From: Alkalilimnicola ehrlichii MLHE-1
Lineage (GTDB): Bacteria > Pseudomonadota > Gammaproteobacteria > Nitrococcales > Halorhodospiraceae
DNA: 32,000 nt
NCBI RefSeq assembly: GCF_000014785.1
Contig: NC_008340.1
Span: 1,140,001-1,172,000 of the forward strand
Direction: 5' to 3'
In this document: positions 27,632 to 32,000 of the stretch, piece by piece
Layout: every line of letters starts with the position of its first letter
Numbering within the stretch: position 1 is the first letter of the stretch
The notes under the pieces: generated by a model
What the model was told of the DNA's origin: nothing
The model's input: only the letters and a program-made list of their open reading frames with translations
The model's database searches: none
Translations under genes and position numbers: made by a program

Positions 27632-27730
27632 GGCGTCGCTCCCTGTCCGGTCGGTCCCCCCCCGGGGGGTACTGATGTCATCAGTCTGTCATCGCATCGG
27701 TACAATTCCAAAGGATTATTCCAGGGCGTA

Positions 27731-28130
27731 CCCCCGTCGTGGCGAGGGCCGAAGGCGTTCCCCCCTCATTGCGAGGTTTGGAGTGCCGTGGCGATCCATA
27801 CGCCGCTTGGACTGCCGCGCCCCCTGCGGGGGCTCGCAGTGACGGTGGGGGGCACTCCCCCGTCATCGCGAGCCCGACCCCCCGCTGCGCGGGCCCGAAT
27901 CAACGAGGAACGGGGCACCCCCGTCATCGCGAGGGCCGAAGGCCCGTGGCGATCCAGGGCGGTAGACTGCCACGTCGGCTTCGCCTCCTCGCAGTGACGG
28001 TGGGGGGGTGGCCCTTCCCACAGTGACGGGGCAACACCCCCGTCATCGCGAGGAGCGAAGCGACGCGGCGATCCATAGCCCGCCCTGGACTGCCACGGCG
28101 GCTGTGCCTCCTCCTCGTGACGGTGGGTGG
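27731..28130. repeat. Tandem array of the nested-palindrome repeat family, filling the divergent ppk2 / P-type ATPase control region.
   Basis: Full or variant copies at 27760-27852, 27918-28008 and 28036-28130. Arm fragments at 27731-27756, 27857-27872 and 28019-28031. Core 27922-28000 equals core 13661-13739 except at 27958 (G, versus A at 13697). Confidence 0.88.
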
Positions 28131-28221
28131 GCGCCTGCCCTGCGACGATGGCCTATTCAGCGCTCCCGTATGGCCGCCATAACCGGGATGTGATTGATCC
28201 AGCGGAAATGTTGCGCTGCAC

Positions 28222-28250
28222 TTAAAACGAGTGAAGTTTGCGGTTATGCT
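28222..28250 (+). promoter_or_regulatory. Candidate sigma70 promoter for the P-type ATPase gene.
   Basis: TTAAAA (28222-28227), a 17-nt spacer, then TATGCT (28245-28250), about 50 nt upstream of the start codon. The match to consensus is only moderate. Confidence 0.3.
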
Positions 28251-28298
28251 GACCGCTGGGCGCGATCGCGTGGCGGCCCGGCCCCTCGGCAAGGAGTA

Positions 28299-31046
28299 AT
28301 GATGGCGCAAGAAGAACAGCAGGACCCGCGGCAGGATTTCGAGGCAGCACAGGATACCGCCTGGCACAGTCTTGATATGAAAACCGCGCTCGAGCGGTTG
28401 CAATCCTCAGCGGACGGCCTGGATAGTGAGGAGGCCAAACGCCGGCTGGAGACCCACGGCCCCAACCGGCTGCGCCCGCCGGAGAAGGACGGGCCGCTCA
28501 AGCGCTTTCTGCTGCAGTTTCACAACGTCCTGATCTACATCCTGATCGTGGCCGCCATCGGTACCGCCTTCCTCCAGCACTGGGTGGACACCGGTGTCAT
28601 CCTGGCCGTGGTGCTGATCAACGCCATCATTGGCTTTATCCAGGAGGGCAAGGCCGAGAAGGCCCTGGACGCCATCCGCGGCATGCTCTCGCCCAAGGCC
28701 ATGGTCCTGCGCGACGGGCACCGGCAGACGGTGGATGCCGAGGAGCTGGTGCCCGGGGACATTGTGCTGTTGCAGGCCGGCGACCGGGTGCCGGCGGACC
28801 TGCGGTTGGTCGAGGCGCGCAACCTGCGCATCGATGAGGCGGTGCTCACCGGGGAGTCGGTGGCGGTGGACAAGGGGCTGGATCCCGTGGATGAGGCCAG
28901 CGAGTTGGGCGATCGCAGTTCCTTGGCCTTTTCCGGCACCCTGGTGGCCTTCGGCCGCGGGCTGGGGGTGGTTGCCGAGACCGGGGAACAGACCGAGATC
29001 GGCCGGGTGAGCACCATGCTCTCCGAGGTGGAGAGCACCACCACGCCGCTGCTGCGCCAGGTGGCGCAGTTTGGTCACTGGCTCAGTGTGGCCATTGTGG
29101 CCGTGGCTGTGGCCACCTTCCTGTTCGGGTACCTGGTGCGCGATTACGCCGCCATGGATATGTTCCTGGCGGCGGTCAGTCTGGCAGTGGCGGCCATCCC
29201 CGAGGGGCTGCCCGCGATCATGACCATCACCCTGGCCATTGGCGTGCAGCGGATGGCCCGGCGCAACGCCATCATCCGGCGCCTGCCGGCGGTGGAGACG
29301 CTGGGTTCGGTGACGGTGATCTGCTCGGACAAGACCGGCACCCTTACCCGTAATGAGATGACCGTTCAGGAGGTGGTGACCGCCGACCGCCAGTACCAGG
29401 TCACCGGCGTGGGCTACGAGCCGCACGGCGACTTCGAGCTGGACGGCCGGGATGTGGAGCCCGACGACAGCCAGCCGGTGCTCTGCGAGATCCTCCAGGC
29501 GGTGATGCTTTGCAATGAGGCGCAGGTCTACGAAAAGGACGGCCGCTGGCGGATGGAGGGTGATCCCACCGAGGGGGCGCTGATCACCGCCGCCCTCAAG
29601 GCGGGGATGGACGCCCGGCAGCTGGCAGGGCGGATGCCCCGCACCGATGTGATCCCCTTCGAGTCGTCCTACAAGTTTATGGTCACCCTGCACCACGACC
29701 ATGAAGGCAACGGCTACATCATCATGAAGGGGGCGCCGGAGCGGGTGCTGGCCGTTTGCGCCGAGCAGCGCACCGCCGACGGCGACCAGCCGCTGGACCC
29801 GGACTGGTGGCAGGCGCGAATGGATGAGGTGGCGGAGCGCGGTCAGCGGCTGCTCGCCGTGGCCACCAAGCGGGTCCCGGCCGACAAGCGGGATCTGACC
29901 TTTGATGACGTGGAGGATGGGCTCGTCCTCCTCGGGGTGATGGGCATCATCGATCCGGCCCGCGAGGAGGCCATCGCTGCGGTCGGCGAGTGCCACAGTG
30001 CCGGTATCCAGGTGCGTATGATCACCGGGGACCACTCCCTCACCGCCCGCGCCATCGGCAAGCAGCTCGGGATCGGCGATGGTGAGCACGCCCTGGCCGG
30101 CCACGAGATCCAGGAGATGGACGACACCACGCTCCAGGAGCGGGCGCGGGATGTGGAGGTCTTCGCGCGGACCACGCCCGAGCACAAGCTGCGCCTGGTC
30201 AAGGTCCTGCAGGCGGACAACCAGGTGGTGGCGATGACCGGTGATGGCGTGAACGATGCCCCGGCGCTGAAGCGGGCCGATGTGGGGATCGCCATGGGCG
30301 TGAAGGGCACGGAGGCGGCCAAGGAGGCCTCCGAGATGGTGCTGGCGGACGATAATTTCGCCTCCATCGCCCATGCGGTGGAGGAGGGCCGGACGGTCTA
30401 TGACAACCTGAAAAAGGCCATCCTGTTTATCCTGCCCACCAACGGCGGGCAGGCCTTCACCATCGTCTCCGCGATTATGCTGGGTCTGGCGCTGCCGCTG
30501 GAGCCGGTACAGGCCTTGTGGGTGAATATGGTCACGGCGGTGACCCTGGCCCTGGCCCTCGCCTTTGAGCCGCCGGAGCCGGGGCTGATGGAGCGCCGGC
30601 CCAGGGAGCCGGGGCGGCCGCTGCTGTCGGGCTTCTTGATCTGGCGGGTGCTGTTCGTCTCGGCGCTGCTGGTGGTGGGCACCTTCGGTCACTATTTCTG
30701 GATGATCGAATGGGAAGGCGCCAGCCAGGAGCTGGCGCGCACCGCCGCCATCAACACCCTGGTGGTGGGGCAGATGTTTTACCTCATCAACAGCCGGTAC
30801 ATCCTCGAGTCGGTGCTCAACATCCGCGGGTTGCTGGGCAGCCGCCCGGTGCTGATTGCGATCGCGCTGCTGCTGGTCCTGCAGATGCTCTTCACTTATT
30901 CGGGGCCGTTCCAGTTCCTGTTCAGCACCGAAGGGATCGGCTGGGATGAGTGGTCGCGGATCCTGATCTTCGGGCTGGCCCTGTTCTTCATTGTCGAGGC
31001 CGAGAAGGCGGTGCTGCGGCCGAGGCTGGACCCGACCCGGGCCTGA
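28299..31046 (+). CDS. Cation-transporting P-type ATPase, type II (Ca2+/Mg2+-type, SERCA/PMCA-like).
   Basis: The start is re-set to ATGATG at 28299/28302, just after AAGGAG (28291-28296). N-terminal Cation_ATPase_N ([18 protein letters not shown]). [13 protein letters not shown], phosphorylation site [31 protein letters not shown]-terminal TM bundle. Confidence 0.92.
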   Translation: MMAQEEQQDPRQDFEAAQDTAWHSLDMKTALERLQSSADGLDSEEAKRRLETHGPNRLRPPEKDGPLKRFLLQFHNVLIYILIVAAIGTAFLQHWVDTGVILAVVLINAIIGFIQEGKAEKALDAIRGMLSPKAMVLRDGHRQTVDAEELVPGDIVLLQAGDRVPADLRLVEARNLRIDEAVLTGESVAVDKGLDPVDEASELGDRSSLAFSGTLVAFGRGLGVVAETGEQTEIGRVSTMLSEVESTTTPLLRQVAQFGHWLSVAIVAVAVATFLFGYLVRDYAAMDMFLAAVSLAVAAIPEGLPAIMTITLAIGVQRMARRNAIIRRLPAVETLGSVTVICSDKTGTLTRNEMTVQEVVTADRQYQVTGVGYEPHGDFELDGRDVEPDDSQPVLCEILQAVMLCNEAQVYEKDGRWRMEGDPTEGALITAALKAGMDARQLAGRMPRTDVIPFESSYKFMVTLHHDHEGNGYIIMKGAPERVLAVCAEQRTADGDQPLDPDWWQARMDEVAERGQRLLAVATKRVPADKRDLTFDDVEDGLVLLGVMGIIDPAREEAIAAVGECHSAGIQVRMITGDHSLTARAIGKQLGIGDGEHALAGHEIQEMDDTTLQERARDVEVFARTTPEHKLRLVKVLQADNQVVAMTGDGVNDAPALKRADVGIAMGVKGTEAAKEASEMVLADDNFASIAHAVEEGRTVYDNLKKAILFILPTNGGQAFTIVSAIMLGLALPLEPVQALWVNMVTAVTLALALAFEPPEPGLMERRPREPGRPLLSGFLIWRVLFVSALLVVGTFGHYFWMIEWEGASQELARTAAINTLVVGQMFYLINSRYILESVLNIRGLLGSRPVLIAIALLLVLQMLFTYSGPFQFLFSTEGIGWDEWSRILIFGLALFFIVEAEKAVLRPRLDPTRA

Positions 31047-31085
31047 TCGGGCCCGGGGCCTGCGCCCTGCACGCCGTCGCGGGGT

Positions 31086-31703
31086 TCAGGGGTGATCGCA
31101 CTCCGCCACCACGGTGGACAGGGCCTCCAGCAGCACATCGGTGGTCTCGGCCCCGATGATCTCGATGCGGCCGTCCATCAGGTAGAAGGGGACCGCCCTG
31201 ACGTTGAGCTCACGGGCGTGCGCCAGGTCGGCGGTCAGGCCGGCGGTACCGCCGTCCCCGGCCAGGGTCTCACGGATCAGCTCCCGGGGCATCCCGGCCT
31301 CGGCGCCGGCCATCTCCAATACCTGGTGATTGGACAGGTCACCCCCCTCGACAAAACCGGCGTGAAACAGGGCGTCGGCCACCCGTAAGGGGTCCAGACC
31401 CTGTTCGCGGGCCACCTGAACCAGCCGGTGGGCGTCGTAGGCGTCCACCAGCGGCGGGGGGTGGCGGGCCAGTGGCAGTGCGTCGGTGTGCGCCTGGTCG
31501 AGAAAATCGCGGTCCAGCTCCTGCGAGCGCGGGGGCAGGGGCGGGCGATGGCGAGAGCGCGCAGGAAACAGCTCCAATGACCGCCATATAATGCGTACCG
31601 GCGGACCGTCCGGCAGTTGCGCCAGGGCGCGCTCCAGCCTGTGTTTGCCCAGGTAGCACCAAGGGCAGACCAGATCCGAAAACAGCTCGATGTCGACACT
31701 CAT
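31086..31703 (-). CDS. DsbA-family (FrnE-like) thiol oxidoreductase.
   Basis: The start is re-set to the ATG at 31703 (MSVDIELFSDLVCPWCYLGKHRLERAL). CPWC active site. C-terminal VRAVPFYLMDG. 205 aa. Confidence 0.82.
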   Translation of the reverse strand: MSVDIELFSDLVCPWCYLGKHRLERALAQLPDGPPVRIIWRSLELFPARSRHRPPLPPRSQELDRDFLDQAHTDALPLARHPPPLVDAYDAHRLVQVAREQGLDPLRVADALFHAGFVEGGDLSNHQVLEMAGAEAGMPRELIRETLAGDGGTAGLTADLAHARELNVRAVPFYLMDGRIEIIGAETTDVLLEALSTVVAECDHP

Positions 31704-31845
31704 AAGCCCGACTCGGCAGCTGGGTGAATCTCCCAGTATCCTCCCCGTATCGCTGGATGTCATCCCCCGCGTGCGGAGGGCAGTTCCGGTTGCAGCCTGG
31801 GGGTGTAACGGCGATCCTGAGAATGGGCAGTGACTGAGGGGGTTG

Positions 31846-32000
31846 AATGCGTCGAGTCACCCGAATCTTCGGGCAGTTCTCCACGGCGGGGCTGCTGTTG
31901 GGCACCCTGTTTTTCGCCTTCTCGCTGACCCCGAGCCTGTTGCCCCGGCCTTTCCTGGTGCAGGGTGTCATCTCCGGGCTGTCGTTCGCCGCAGGGTATG
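31846..32000 (+). CDS. 5' end of a membrane protein resembling the N-terminal TM domain of alpha/beta-hydrolase family proteins. It continues beyond the right edge.
   Basis: My translation from the ATG at 31846 reads MRRVTRIFGQFSTAGLLLGTLFFAFSLTPSLLPRPFLVQGVISGLSFAAGY. The SLLPR..QG..G pattern recalls the Abhydrolase_9 N-terminal membrane region. Only 51 codons are visible. Confidence 0.45.

Noticed and set aside
27731-28130. Possible CRISPR array, because short conserved sequences recur at intervals.
   Set aside because: The units are about 90 nt long hairpins with inverted arms, not 25-40 nt direct repeats separated by unique spacers of uniform length. Copies are also dispersed at other loci, and there are no cas genes in the window.
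28407-30692. 761-aa minus-strand ORF opposite the P-type ATPase gene.
   Set aside because: Shadow ORF. The plus frame contains [16 protein letters not shown] and the other P-type motifs.

Overview
Visibly GC-rich, densely coding chromosomal segment that looks gammaproteobacterial (taxon is inference only). Most genes are core metabolism. No transposase, integrase, CRISPR array or recognisable defence gene was seen. Layout by region: (1) 1-8.7 kb is a respiratory nitrate-reduction locus. It holds the 5' part of narG, a NarK2-type antiporter gene, and divergent narX-narL with a perfect NarL 7-2-7 operator in the shared control region. A convergent usp-narK1 unit follows. (2) 9.2-13.6 kb holds an orphan periplasmic binding protein, then a tightly coupled four-gene SiaABCD-type c-di-GMP partner-switch operon in permuted order (siaB-siaC-siaD-siaA). 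(3) 13.9-20 kb holds guaB, an inverted VIT1/CCC1 metal transporter gene that splits guaB from guaA, then guaA, tadA and mltF. (4) 20-32 kb holds tRNA-Ser(CGA), an ABM monooxygenase, an HDAC-family amidohydrolase, ybaN and tmcA. These are followed by an orphan NuoL/MrpD-like proton-antiporter-module protein, a two-domain PPK2 (polyP:AMP phosphotransferase type) and a type II P-type cation ATPase. The window ends with a DsbA/FrnE-like oxidoreductase and the 5' end of a membrane alpha/beta-hydrolase-like gene. The strongest non-genic signal is a family of roughly 80-95 nt nested-palindrome repeats in three intergenic regions. Two 79-nt cores lying 14.3 kb apart differ at a single base. Many long ORFs in the supplied track are antisense shadow ORFs typical of GC-rich DNA and are rejected. 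I did not find a convincing wholly new gene system. The best candidates for follow-up are the permuted Sia module with its upstream binding protein, the repeat family, and an orphan antiporter-like gene.
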